A stretch of DNA of 63,441 nt, the filler included, from Conidiobolus incongruus B7586 (taxonomy: Eukaryota): NCBI GenBank assembly GCA_000697335.1. It is 9 parts of 9 records of this genome, joined end to end, with 100 filler letters (N's around TTAATTAATTAA, not from the genome) between each part and the next. Parts side by side here need not be neighbours in the genome. Positions count along the whole stretch, not along the records: positions 5,968 to 14,925 come from JNEM01004158.1; positions 15,026 to 21,399 come from JNEM01004160.1; positions 21,500 to 30,557 come from JNEM01004162.1; 6 more parts are not named here. One strand, written 5' to 3'. The notes under the pieces were generated by a model. That model saw nothing but the letters and a program-made list of their open reading frames with translations. It searched no databases and had not been told where the DNA came from. The position numbers and the translations under genes were made by a program. Shown here in pieces: positions 12,849 to 26,791 of the stretch; within the stretch, counting starts at the first letter, position 1, and every line of letters starts with the position of its first letter.

Positions 12849-14925
12849 GATTTCTATGTTATATATCAGTAAATAATATCCATCAAAATGAATACCTTCG
12901 TTATTTCATTTAGGCAATGATGTTTATTTATTATATTCAAACGAAAATTTTTTTTACTTTGCCACAGATTCAAAATAAAAAATGAAACTTTACTCACTTT
13001 TGAATTTATACAAAATATAGGAAGAAAAAATTCACTGTTTGACCACATTACTTTCAAATTTCATACATTTGTTTCAAAAATTTAAAGATATTATATTTTA
13101 GTTAAAAAATCTGTAATATATATCAAGGTATTAAAAAATAATTTTCAATTTTAAATATAATCCTAAGATAAATATTATCAAAATAATATTTTAAAAATTT
13201 TAATTTATTACTATATCAATAATACTATATTATAGGGCAATTAGTTTGCTGTGCCGGATAAGGAGAATCGTGAAATGCTATGGTAATATATAACAATCAT
13301 GGTTATTCAAAAAGTTTTAACTTGGACTTGATTCATATTATTAGCATTTTAAATTAATATTGATAGTGTTGTGCAGTATTAAATTAGAAAATTTCAGATT
13401 GGTTTTTAATTGTCCTTATTTCACAGTTTGTAAGTATATTTTATATATTATATATATTGTAAATTAAGTATTTTGTATATTATTATTTGAAAATCTATAT
13501 CAAAATAAAATTATTACAAATATCAAATTTCGTTTGAAAGTAGACATTACTACTGAGGGCTGTAACTGTTGGAGGAAATAGGTTTTAAGAGCTTAAAAGG
13601 GGAATCGCCAGTGGTAAATAATAGGTTACCACAAAATTAGGGAAAATTAATGGGGTTTACTAAATTAGGTGAAAATGGTTTACTGCAAATCAGGTTCTTC
13701 GAATAAAGTAAATATCTCACACTCGTCACAACTCAATACTTTTATGAGTGTCACTAGAAAAACTTAGAGACTGGATACTTTTAAATGAAGATATAAAAGT
13801 GTGTTTATTAGTTTTCATTGTTAATTTTTGTGGACATGAATGACTTACAGGAGGAAAGTGATAGATTCAATTAGTTCATGAAATGAGGTTTCTCTAATGT
13901 GACTTCTTGAATCAGCATGATAATTGGTGTTTCTTGAGTGATGGACAAGATTATTCCCCATCACCATCAATCTCAAAATTATTTTTAATTGAATTCTAAT
14001 ATTAGGAATATGCTATATATATAATTCTATATAATCTGGATTGTAAAAAATTTAATATTTAATATATCAATATTTATATTACTATAATAATCAAATAAAT
14101 AAAATTATTGTTGCCATTTTTTATTTTCTAATATTGATTTAACTAAAAATAAAAATAGTCTTATTTTACAGATTAAAATAATTTTTAAGAATTAATATAA
14201 AAAGTTTGAATATAGATTTATTTCTATATAAAAGATTTGATTAATAATATCTATATACTTAAATTAATATAAAACTACACTAATTATATATAATATTATA
14301 TTTCTCAAAATCTTTGAAGATTTAGATAAATTTATCAAATTAAAACTTAAAAAGTTTTACTATATATTATTATTTCTTATAGTTTTAAATAATTAATAAA
14401 AGTGAATAATATAGTTTTATTATATTAATATATTAAACTTTAACTTTATTTAATATATTTTTCATTTATATTATTTTTTTTATTTTAGTTTAATTAATTT
14501 GAATTGCTTTTATGTATATTTTATATATTTCAAAAAATTACTAACTTAATATTGATTAATAATTAATATATTACATTATTACTTTAAAAAAATGATTATC
14601 TTTTATTTTTTATTTTTTCAAATAAAAAATTCTAATTAATCTATATTATATATTAAATATAATATATATTAAAATTTATATTTTAAAATTTATTAAAAGT
14701 TAATATAATATCTAATTTGATTATTTATAAATAAAACTATAATAATAGAAAATAAATTTTATTTAATTAGACCATGATAAATAAAATATTGTAGATATCT
14801 TTAATACTAAGCTATATTTGAAAATAAATTAATTAACTCAGAATATTTTCCTTTAAATTTTAACTAATAAAAATTTTGAAAATAATTAAATATTTACTAA
14901 TATTATAAAATTAAAAAATATGGGA

Positions 14926-15025
14926 NNNNNNNNNNNNNNNNNNNNNNNNNNNNNNNNNNNNNNNNNNNNTTAATTAATTAANNNNNNNNNNNNNNNNNNN
15001 NNNNNNNNNNNNNNNNNNNNNNNNN
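14926..15025. other. Artificial contig linker
   Basis: 44 N + TTAATTAATTAA + 44 N. Confidence 0.98.
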
Positions 15026-16823
15026 TATTACATTAATTTAATATATATTGATTAAATAACGATGGTATAAAAACAATTATTTATATATTAATAGAGATTA
15101 ACCAATAATTATTTAAATAATAGAATATTATTATTAGTTTATTATTATAGTTTATCATTTAAAGTTTTTATTTATCATTAAATTCTTTATTTAAAAACAT
15201 ATATAATAGTTTTAATATTAATAAAAAAATTAATAATAATATTTTTGATTTAAAAAATTTTTGATTATTTATATATAAAATTATATTCAATGATATTTTT
15301 TAATTTTAATTCAATAGTTTTAAAGATTATAAGTTTTATTATTATATTATATAATAAGATATGAATTTGATTTTATTAATATTAATATCAAAATAATAAA
15401 TTATTATTCTGAATTAATAAAAATCAAAATATATTAAGTTAGAGAGTATTAAATTGGATATTATAAAAGCAAGGTATTAATATCAAGGTAATATCATTAA
15501 TGGCTTTTAAATTTATTTTTATTATTATATAATTAAGAATAAAACAGCAACTTCAAATAATGCAATTATTTATTTCAACTCTTATAATTAGGTATTTAAT
15601 TTATAAGAAATATTAAATAATAATATCATTGATAATTTTAAAAAAATATATTTTTATGTTTGATTTTTGAAAAAAAATAATGAATAATAAGCTTCATATA
15701 TTCAATATAGAAGAATTAAATTAGATATTAATATAAATTATAGTAACCTTATAAATTAAATGCAAAGATAAAGTGATAATTAATCTTTAAATAAAAAATT
15801 ATAATATTTTATTAATTTTCTAGGTTATAACTTATGTAATATTAAATGATTTTAGTAATAAATAATATATTAATAAGAAAAATATTTTTAACAATATATT
15901 TGATTAAATTATTAAATTTCCGATTTTAATCTTCAAAATAAATATTTTTAAATATTAAAAGCATATAAAAATATAATTAATAGTTATTAATTATCACAAA
16001 AAATACTAATTCTATATTTTTGAACTATTACTAATATATATATATATATAAATTCAATTTAAAGAATATGAGATCATTTGATTTTTTGTGCAATAACGCC
16101 AAATTAATATATAAATTTGATAATATATTGCTTGGTAGGCTATACCAGTAATTATTATCAAAACTGATCAAATTTGATAATATTTTGTTTAAATTTTTAA
16201 ATAATTAAATAAATTAACATTAAACTTGGTAGATAATAAAAGAGAATAGATAAAATACAAAATTCAATTAATTATAAAACTAATAGATAGAATTTATAAA
16301 TTATATTTTCTTTCCATTCAAAGTATTATTTGAACATTATTATCCTTTCTAATATTTATGTATATTTCAAAATTCACTTTCAAAGGATGCCATCTGACAA
16401 AATAAGGACCCAATTGTAAATACGTGTTTCCTCAATATATATTTTAAAAGAACTATTAATATATAAAATGAATATTTAAATATCATCAGCACTAAATAGT
16501 TTTAATAATAATAAATTTGAAATAATGAAAATTATCCGGCTGAATAAAATATAAATCTTTTTATTAAATTTTATGTTAATAATTTAAAAATAATTTTCAA
16601 TTTATTAATTAATTGAATTTTTGGTTAATTAGACCTCCTTATCAAGTTTTTCATAATTTTATATCAAATTTGATTTGCAATTATTTTAATGTCCAATTTT
16701 TAAACTATTCTGGTAATAATGATCAAAATACCTATACATGTATATACAAACGTAATAATAAAATATTCTGCTCTCACATAAATATCTCTATCTTAATCAA
16801 TAAAAATTCAGATTTTCATCAAA

Positions 16824-17681
16824 ATGAGATATTTTGGTGTTGTTGAAGCATTGGTTCTATTTATTTCAGGATCACTAAAAGCTTTAAAAGCAGGCAAAGA
16901 TATTAAAACTGCGATTGAGGACTAATTTTCTCAAGGATCTAAATTAAATTATAGAAATCAATGGCATTCATTAATTATCAAATAAAAATTAAACCTATCA
17001 ATATTAATAATGGTTTATCCACAATTGCTAGTAACTCACCAAATTCTAGTCTCTTAATTATATTGAAATCTGAAGATTTGAGATATTCTATATTGAATTA
17101 TATTAATGATTATTTGAATGAAAACTTGGTAATTGGTAATGAAGATCAAGATACTGAATCTCAATGGATTAATTTAACCCATATGACAACTCTATATAGA
17201 AGTTGTGAAAAACATAATGATTCATAATCGCATTGATAAATTTATTTTACTCCCTCTGATGGAGTTGACCTCTTTGCTAAAGATAAATCCATCCATATGA
17301 TAACTGTATTATCTTTGATGGATTTGACTTTTAAAAAGATATGCCAGAAAAAAGCTTTTATTACATGATTCAGAGGATTTTGAATCTGTGCTACATTATT
17401 AATTCCAACAAATCGCTAGCAAGATTTATATTTTTACACTTCAATATGGTTATGTGAGTGTTCAATATGGCCATCAAAGGCAACAAAATATTCTTATTTT
17501 TACTAAGGACTTACCAAAATTCACACTCGACTTTATTGCTAGAAAACACAATGAAAATCATATCCACAGATGCAATAATGAATGTATTAAAGTTGAATGC
17601 TTTAATGTCTATTCAAAAAATAGAGTGGTAGACAATGTTAACGAAACATCGCATTTCAAACTTTATTTAATCGACGATTGA
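16824..17681 (+). pseudogene. Disrupted gene of unknown family, copy 1 of a tandem pair
   Basis: ATG 16824: MRYFGVVEALVLFISGSLKALK..AIED*FSQGSK with stop at 16923. Later frameshifted segments are LRYSILNYINDYLNENL, LHDSEDFESVLHY*FQQIASKIYIF and FTKDLPKFTLDFI..VDNVNETSHFKLYLIDD. All are colinear with copy 2. Confidence 0.8.
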
Positions 17682-19229
17682 TTAACGTTTGAGTATCGAT
17701 GTTATAAACTTAAACAATAAATTGAATGAATTATTAAATATAAAGAGACTTTAAGCTTTATAATATAAGATATTTTAAGTTCTAATAAAAATATATTGTA
17801 TTCTATACTGCAAAAAGTTCTATTAATCAATTTTTTTTTCATTTTTAGCGATTAGGTTTGAAATCATATACTGTATTGAAAATTATAATTGTACATCTCT
17901 CAGGTATTTCAAAGTATTGAGATTTTAGATTGAATGGAAATTAATTATTAGTTTTTAACATTTTAACTCCTTTTTTCTATCAAATAAATGCATAGATACT
18001 ATAATAAAATATTTCCTGGTATACTTGAGTAAAATATTAACAATATATTTTTGTCATATTATTATGTCAAAGAGTTATATTAAAATCATTTTTATGAAAT
18101 ATTATAAATTTGAATAATTTGGCTTAAAGTTAGAAATTGGAAATTGTTTAAAAGAGAGTTATCGGATTCTTGATAGAATCTTCGGTTCTACGAAAGAATT
18201 ATCATTTCATATTGCTTTATTTTGTAAAGTCCTTGACTTCTAAAAGCACAATAAATGAAATGGTAATTCTCCTAAACAAATAACTTAGCTGATTAACTCT
18301 TGCTCTCATTTTTATTATTGATATTTTTGAGTTAAGGTTGTGCAAAAACAGAGCTAGATTAAATTCATTAAAACATTGGGCATTAGATTGATTCAGCTGA
18401 ATGATTTTATATATTTTTGTCTCTATAAGAACCAATAGTTAACAACCTTATTTGTGAGTAATAATGGAGAGAATTAGCATATACTCCAGAATACTAATTT
18501 AATTATTAATAATTTGCTCATATACATAAAATCTTGTAACTTCTCTAAAAAGCTAATTTTAGGATTTTTGGTGCAATTATATACCATTTATATAAATCAA
18601 TATCTATAAAATATTAAAAGGTTACTTTAGAACTTATTGCACTAAATGTATTTCAATAGAAGTCATAACTAAACCATAGTAATTGTAGTTAAATTGGATT
18701 TTATAAAATTTTTATATTAAAAATCGATCCTTCATTTATAACTAAATATAACAAAAAGATTATTGCCTATGATATAAATAATCTCATAAATTACTGTTAA
18801 TCTAAAATATATTAAAAATGATTGTTATTTATATAATTTAAACTATTAAAATAAAATTTTATAGATTAATTTTACTATCTAGAATATGCAATATTAAATT
18901 TAATTTTTAATTAACATATATATTTTAAATTGGATAGCAATTTTGATTCAAAATTGAAATATGATCCTCATTCCATTTTAGTATCAATTTTTTTGAATTA
19001 CAAATAAAGATTACTAACATAGAAGTTAATTATAATTTAATTTTTAATTAAAAATGGAATTTAGGAAATTTATGATCACCAATACCGGTATTAAACTGGA
19101 TAATTATTTGTATTTGTAATTCAATTTTCATATTGGCCAGATAGAAGGAAACACTAAACTCAATATAAATTGATATATAGGTAGGGTTAAAGTAGAAAAG
19201 TGAGATTATCCAATAGCATTCAAACGATA

Positions 19230-20088
19230 ATGAGACATTGTGGACTTGTTCAAGAATTGTATCTTTTTATTTATGGGGTTTTGAAAGGCTTTAAAGTAAC
19301 AGACAATGTTTTAACTGTTATTGATGAGCACTTTTCTCAAGGTTCCAAATTTACGTGCAAGGAAATTAATGAGGTGTATTATTTGATATATAAAGATCAA
19401 TATGTAGGAATGGAAAATGGTGTACCAATTATCACCCCAACTCGCAAGATTTTAGTTCCTTGATCGTATTGGAATATAAAGATTGGAGATATTTTAGATT
19501 AAAGCATATTGATGATTACTTGAATGAAAACTTGCAAATTTGTAATGAAAGCCAAGCTGCTGAATTTCAACGGATTTCACTAAGTCATATAACAACATTT
19601 CAACACCTTCAAACCATCACCAACTTGATTGTCCAATGTCCCAAATCAGAAAAAACATTCATTTCTGCCGAAGGGATTAATCTTTTTGATGATGATAAAT
19701 CATTTTTTTAATGCATGATACTTATTTTGACAAATGTGACATTTGTGGCTAAAATAATGTGTTCGCTTATAATGAAGAGAATTTCGACTCAGGGTCACAT
19801 TCCCAGTTGAAGCGAATAGATAACAAGGTTTACATATATTTATCAGAACTTGGCTATATGACTATTGAATGTATTGACAATACAAATCAAAAATTTGTTA
19901 AATTTTCTAAGGAATTACCTGAATTAACATTCGATCTCATTCCAACAAAACATAGAGGATCATATATACTTAAATGCAATGATGAATATATAAGTTTTTT
20001 TATGATAAAGACAGTTTCATTTGGTACAATGGTTGATAATGTTCAAAAAGCATCTCACTTTCAGTTTTATATAATCGAAGACATTTAG
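19230..20088 (+). pseudogene. Disrupted gene of unknown family, copy 2 of a tandem pair
   Basis: ATG 19230: MRHCGLVQELYLFIYGVLKGFK..IDEHFSQGSK, frameshift near 19460, WRYFRLKHIDDYLNENL, stop at 19709-19711, a further frameshift, then FSKELPELTFDLI..VDNVQKASHFQFYIIEDI. Three consecutive track ORFs form one ancestral gene of about 285 aa. Confidence 0.78.
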
Positions 20089-21399
20089 AGGATGAATCTT
20101 AATAATCTCAACTATTAGATGTATTATAATTTTTTAGCTTTTGGTTTTATGTTATTAATCAATAATATATTATTATAAATAAAAATAAAACTTTCAAAAT
20201 GTATTAATGTATTTAATAGTTGGTTTTAAATTAATTTTGTCATTGTATACAAAACATAAAATAATATTTTTTAATTATAAATGTATTGACTTATTACATT
20301 TTATATTGATCAATTATTGAGATATTTTAATATCTTTTTAATAATTTCAAGCTTTATATTTTAATATATCTTGATAATTAAATATTATACAGGTAAATTA
20401 TTTTTGAATGATACTCAATATAAATTCATTAAAATATAACTGTAAGGAATCGTTTTGATAATTTGAATTAGGAATCAACCCAAACCAATTAATTACCAAA
20501 TTAGAATTTAATTACAAATTAACCATGGTTTTGCAATGTCTTATATCTAAAATACTTTGGAATTTATTATATATATACCATATATTACACTGAATAACAA
20601 GAGAGTCAGAATATCAAATCAAAGAATAAACCAAGTGACTTGTTCTTGAGGTTACCTGCTCTTGAAATTACTTGTTTATTTAGTATATTCCTTTGGGATA
20701 TATTTTAATAACCCTTAATTTAAAAATTATAAAAACTAAATTATATGTTATTTTTGCTTAACATTTATATATACTAAAGGAAATGAATAAGTTACCATAA
20801 AAATGAATATAGATTTGGAATTAAATATAGGCTGAAATATATATCAAAAGTTATATTTTATATTTTAATTTAAAAAATAAAAATTTATTAATATTATAAT
20901 TAATAAATTATTAATTTTAATTATATATATATTAGTTTGCAAAAATTAGTCATAAAGTTAAAATTATATATATTTACTTATATTTTAAATAATTCTTAAT
21001 TAGATAAATTTAAATTAAAATATATATTTTACTTATATTATTTGATTATATTATATTAATATATAAATATAAATTATAGAATTAAAATTACTTAAATATT
21101 TATTTATATTTTAAATTATTTTTAAATAAATCAATTTAGTTTAAAATATATAATCTATTTATATTTTTTAATTATAATTAGCTATATTTATTTATATCAT
21201 ATTAACTATTGATTAATATATTAAAATTTATTTTTTAGCCAAAATAAGTTATTAATTTATGGGTTTATAAGTTAAAAAGACTTAAATAACAAAATTTGTC
21301 TATATTTTCTTATTTTGTTATATTATATATAAAATATAATTATCAATTTAATATTTTAAAAATAATATTATTATTCTTAAATTTCTCTTTAATAATATT

Positions 21400-21499
21400 N
21401 NNNNNNNNNNNNNNNNNNNNNNNNNNNNNNNNNNNNNNNNNNNTTAATTAATTAANNNNNNNNNNNNNNNNNNNNNNNNNNNNNNNNNNNNNNNNNNNN
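21400..21499. other. Artificial contig linker
   Basis: 44 N + TTAATTAATTAA + 44 N. Confidence 0.98.
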
Positions 21500-24400
21500 T
21501 AAAAAATTAATCAAAATTTTTAAATTAAAATTAAATCACATTTAATCAATAATTTTGATATTATTTAAAATACAAAATTATTATATTATATTAATGGATC
21601 AAAAATATTAATTGATTAATAATTTAAATATATATTAATTCAAATTATAATATGATATATTTATTATTTTAATAGTTAAACAAATATAAATATTGGACTG
21701 TTATTTGAATAAAAATATTAAAAAATTAATTTATTAATATAATCTTATTATAAATTACAAATAAATTGCTATAGCTTTAATATAATATGCAATTTCCAAA
21801 AAAAGTTTTAAAACTATAAAATAATGATATTAATAACCTGAATTTTTGGCAAATATATATAATGATAGAAACAAAATCAGAGCTCAAAAGCCTTTTATCA
21901 ATAACTGATGAATATATAAATATCAATAAAATCAGGATGATACAAAGCTATATAAATTAACCTTTACCATTATTACTTTTTTCAATGTATCCAAACTCTG
22001 TAATAATTCAGTTAATAAAATTAAAATTTATTTATGTTTAAATAAATAGAGATTTTTTTTATAGAAATTACATATAAATTTCATCTTATCCAAATATTCA
22101 CAAATCTTCAAAAATTCAACTTCATTTTATAGTTATATAATTGAATACTTTATTTTATATTAAAAATTTCATTAGTATATAATTATAAAATTCAAAAATT
22201 GTTTGATTTATATTATTTAATGCAATATCTGATAATAATTAATGGAATATAATTCGCTAAATTATTTTTAATTTTTTTAAATAAATCAACTCTGATAATA
22301 TTATAATCATAATAAGTATATAATTAATAAATTTAAATGCTACTCCATTAACAATTGTTATAAGTTATCAATTTAATCTATTATATCTCCCTTTTTATCA
22401 TTCTACATCACGTTTTCATCTTATATTTGATATTGCTTTTAAAAGATTTGAATATTGAAAAAATGTTTTTCCATAATTTTATATTTTATAGAATTTTCTA
22501 TTATTAATAAATATAAACTACTTTTTAACTCAAAAATTTTTTTCTATTAATATAATTTTTTAATTAATATAAATAAATTTTGATTTAGATTTTTTTAAAC
22601 TGGAACCAAGTAAGCAAATTATATTACTTCCTTATTAATGATACTTGCAAGAATAAAATTTTTATTCGCTTAAAAAAGTTAAAGCTGTAATTGATTATAA
22701 GTATTGTTTTCATGATTTCCAGAAATTTTTTAGTGTTTTGGAAATAAATGAACAAAATATAAATTTGATATAATAGTATTATTTATGGCTTGAATATATT
22801 ATACTTTATCAGGTATAGTATATTTTGTCAAAAAAAATAATCAGGATATGTTTTGATATAAATAATCATCTAAAGTTAATTTGACCAGATAAATACTATT
22901 AAGGTTTGTGATCAAAGTATGATTATATTTTTTCAGTTCATTCCCGAAAAAGTTTTAAGTAAAATTACTCAACAAATCCATTTATTGGTCATAAAAAATT
23001 CACTGTAAATTTATTTGATGGGAACTGACGTGTAAGTTAGAGCAAATGAGCAATTTCTATATATAATAAAAGGGTGCATATAGTATTATACTATTAATCT
23101 TAAAAGATTAATTGATTGGAGAAATAACCTTATAAATGGCAGATTAAAACTCCTACTTATAATTAATAACTATACTATCCCTTGATTCCAAGACAAATGA
23201 AAAATTGAAAAGAAATTATATAGTCTAAATATGAATTCTATATTGGTAACATAGACTTCTGATTAAAAGATAAAATCGGTACTTGATTAAATGATTAGCC
23301 AATTACAATCAGCAAACATATGTTCAACATATTAGATTTTTCTATTTAAGAAATATTGATAATTAAAAACTATAAATTATATTTTTTATGAGAAAATTGT
23401 AGTCATTTGAATTAATCAGCTTAATTTATCAATAATCTAATTATTTTATTTACACCAATTACAATTCATTGATTTGAAGCTTTATATCAATACAGTTATC
23501 AAGATTTATTATCACTCGTGCTTTAATATCGATTTGTTTATAATAAAATAATATTCTTTCACTTTTCCTAAGATATTCATTCAAATATAAATAAATATAT
23601 ATTAAAAAAGAATATAAAAATTAAGATAATGATAATATCTTGATACATAGCCATTAAACATGATGTTAATTTAGTTCTTTTTAACAAACATGAAGCATAT
23701 ATAAAGATATATATACTATGCTTGAATCCAAGATTTTTCCGTTTAAAGAATGATTAATATATTTGAATAAATATAATTTGTATATATAATTATAATAATA
23801 TACTATGTTGTGAAGAAACATTTGGTATTTGGCATAAATATTAAATTTATATAAAAGTTTAAATTCATTCAAGTTGAAATTTTCATTGAAATTATGTCGT
23901 ACAGCATTTAATAACTGTTAAAACATTGTTAAAATATCAATCTCTCTGTTAGATTATGCTTAACAAGTAGCATTTCTTCTGTTAATATTATCATTTCAAA
24001 TAAACTTTATCATTATCACCTTTCTAAAATTACGATTTTAAAAGTTTATGGATAAAAATCCGTTTTATATAATTTTGAAATATCAATGAGATAGTTTGAT
24101 AAAGTACAAAAAATATTTAGATATATAGATAATCACTATGATAAGGAATAGTATAAATTATTTTTCATTTATATTAATTAGTTTATAAATTATTAGTCAA
24201 ATTATATGTTGTTCATTGAATACAATTTAATATAAAATAGTAATAAATATTTATTAAATAAAATAAAATTTCCTTTTCTGATATTTTATTTCAAAAAAAT
24301 GGTTTGTTTTTAAATAGTTTGTTTTCCGACTATTACTAATATATGCACAAATATTAGTGATATTTGAATAATTTATGCATGGTATTTTCTAGAAAATATC

Positions 24401-25774
24401 AAAAACAAATGAAATTAATAACTATTAAGTATAATATTAAAAATAATGCAGCATAATATGTCTAACTAAAGATGTTATATACAAGATTAGTCCATTATCA
24501 TTAATAATTTATATAAAATATAAATTTTCATTATTTTACGTTAAATAAAAACTGATGATAACTTTGGTAATACAACTTGACAGTCATATGATTATGACCT
24601 AAATTAAGGATAATGGATAGCGAATAAAATACTCAATTGAGAACTTAAGGGATGGTAATGATAACCGATAAGAATTTGATTTAGATTAAGGAGATGAATT
24701 AAAGTGCTATTCTATTAATTAAGTGACAAGTATCAGAATACTGGGTAAACTAGTCTATTTATAAAATTTTATATTTTATTTTCATAATTTACTCAATAAA
24801 ATTGAAAAAAAAATTCAATGTTTTTGTTCCAAAAGTTTTAAATATATTATAGTCAAATTAAATTTTTAATTTATATTACTTAGATAATTAAACAATAAAA
24901 GTAATGTCATTGATACTAACATTTAAATCCCTTTGTTATAGTTAATTTATAAATCAAATCTTTACTATTATCGATTATGAGTTGATCATATATCTTACAT
25001 TGGATTAAAATAATACTCCTGGGAGAATATGAAAGGATATATGAAAATTTTTGAGGCTTTGAATTTGATTAATAATTATTAGTGCACATGATAAAGAAGT
25101 TTTTTAAGCTTGGAAGAATAGACCAATATTTGAATTCTGGAATTAAGTTAAGTTGAAAAATAAACTTTCAATATAAAAATTTTTGCTTTCCAAGCTGTTT
25201 GCTGAATCTGAAAATTTAATTGAAAAAATAAATTTGGTTTAATTAAATAATAATTATATTTAAAATAATTTCTAAAATAATATTCAAAATCACGCCAATT
25301 CGCATTTTTTTATTCATAGCCACAAAATACTTATTTAAAATATATTATTCACTTGAAATGCTAACTGAAGTACATCATATTTATTATTAATTAATCCTCA
25401 GAACTTTATGGGAATTTGTCAATTTTGGGTACTAACAACTATTAACTGGGATTTTAAGAATTATCTATTCAACTTCACATGATTTTTGTTTGCTTTGTTG
25501 CCGTCTCTCTAGTTTAGTGTCCTAGACATGACTCTATTATCCATGCCAATAGTATAATGGTCATGTATTCAGCTTTATTGATATCGATTGATCCAAAAAT
25601 TTTTAATGGGTATTAGATTCTTTGGAAGCCAAAATGAACAACATTGAAGTGATATCTCAATTAATTTGGAATAGGAACTCAAATTTCCCAATGAAAAATA
25701 ATTGATTTAATTTATTTTTTGAGGATCTGTTCAGTTTATTGTCGCTGATGCTTTGTACTGTACGCTGTAGAGTA

Positions 25775-26791
25775 CTACCTAGTAAAATTCCTTTTTCTAT
25801 GTTGATTCCCTTGCCTGTTGTGTGATTTAATGTGTTGAGTAAGGTTATCATTCCTCGAGAAACACTTTCCACATCCTGGGAATGGGCACTGATGCGGCTT
25901 TTCTTTGTTGTGAATAGAATTGATATGACGCCTCAGATGCTCTGGGCGCTTGAAAGGTCGACCACACCCCTCGTAAGGACACGTTGATTCTCTATGCTCG
26001 ACTTCCGACGAGTTGGAAGTCCTCCTTGTCCTCACCCTTGGTCTGGAAGTCGACTTTGTGTCGGGGGTCTCCGGAATTGTCCCAAGACTGGTTGTGACGT
26101 TGAAATTCGTTTTATTCATACTCGGATTAGTATTAAGACTTGGATTAGCAATATTTTCTGAGCTTCCTGGTATATTTAATTCAGATTCTATATCTTGCGC
26201 TAGCTCGCTATTTTTGGATACGTTTGATTTTAAAGGAAACAAGCGATTAGGAGTGTATTGAGGATTTGAACTTGGATAAACTCCTAAGCCGCTGAATTGA
26301 TTACCCGCCACCTGTAGCACATTGGGGATCTGGGGATTTAAAGGAACAAACATATTCAAAGTTGATGGTGATATCGGATTTATCGTTGGATTAAAAGCGG
26401 TACTATAAAATGTCTGAGGATTCTGAGGATGAGGATAAGGATAGGTATTCGACTGAGGATAAGGTGGAAACCCAAAATGAAGCCAATAAGGGTCGACACC
26501 CGGACTTATCGGTGGTGACACTATATCAAGCCCCTCTGGCTGAACCATCGATGGATTCTGAATATGTGCATAGTCCAGTCTGTTTAGCTGATCAGGAAAA
26601 ACTACCGGCGACTGAAAGTTACCTGGAAACGAAGACACTTGATTGATAGGTTGTGTGATGGACCTTGTTCGTGGGATGAAAGGTGTAGCCTTTGGATTTA
26701 ACTGAGTTCTCCTTAAATTTTGACGAGTTCCACTTTGATTATTATTATTATCATTATTAGTTAAATCATCATTGTTATTACTAGATGCCAT
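25775..26791 (-). CDS. C2H2 zinc-finger transcription factor with two C-terminal fingers (Msn2/Seb1/BrlA-like recognition helices), 338 aa
   Basis: CPYEGCGRPFKRPEHLRRHINSIH-NKEKPHQ-CPFPGCGKCFSRNDNLTQHIKSH; low-complexity P/Q/N/S-rich N-terminal region. Confidence 0.92.
   Translation of the reverse strand: MASSNNNDDLTNNDNNNNQSGTRQNLRRTQLNPKATPFIPRTRSITQPINQVSSFPGNFQSPVVFPDQLNRLDYAHIQNPSMVQPEGLDIVSPPISPGVDPYWLHFGFPPYPQSNTYPYPHPQNPQTFYSTAFNPTINPISPSTLNMFVPLNPQIPNVLQVAGNQFSGLGVYPSSNPQYTPNRLFPLKSNVSKNSELAQDIESELNIPGSSENIANPSLNTNPSMNKTNFNVTTSLGTIPETPDTKSTSRPRVRTRRTSNSSEVEHRESTCPYEGCGRPFKRPEHLRRHINSIHNKEKPHQCPFPGCGKCFSRNDNLTQHIKSHNRQGNQHRKRNFTR

Noticed and set aside
25526..25566. SECIS element (ATGA...GA on the minus strand)
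   Set aside because: Helix too short, no apical AA motif, and no in-frame TGA in the upstream gene.
25736..25777. Stop-codon readthrough extension of the C2H2 factor (TAG then YSTAYSTKHQRQ*)
   Set aside because: Context TAG-TAC is not a known leaky context and the extension has no recognisable signal.
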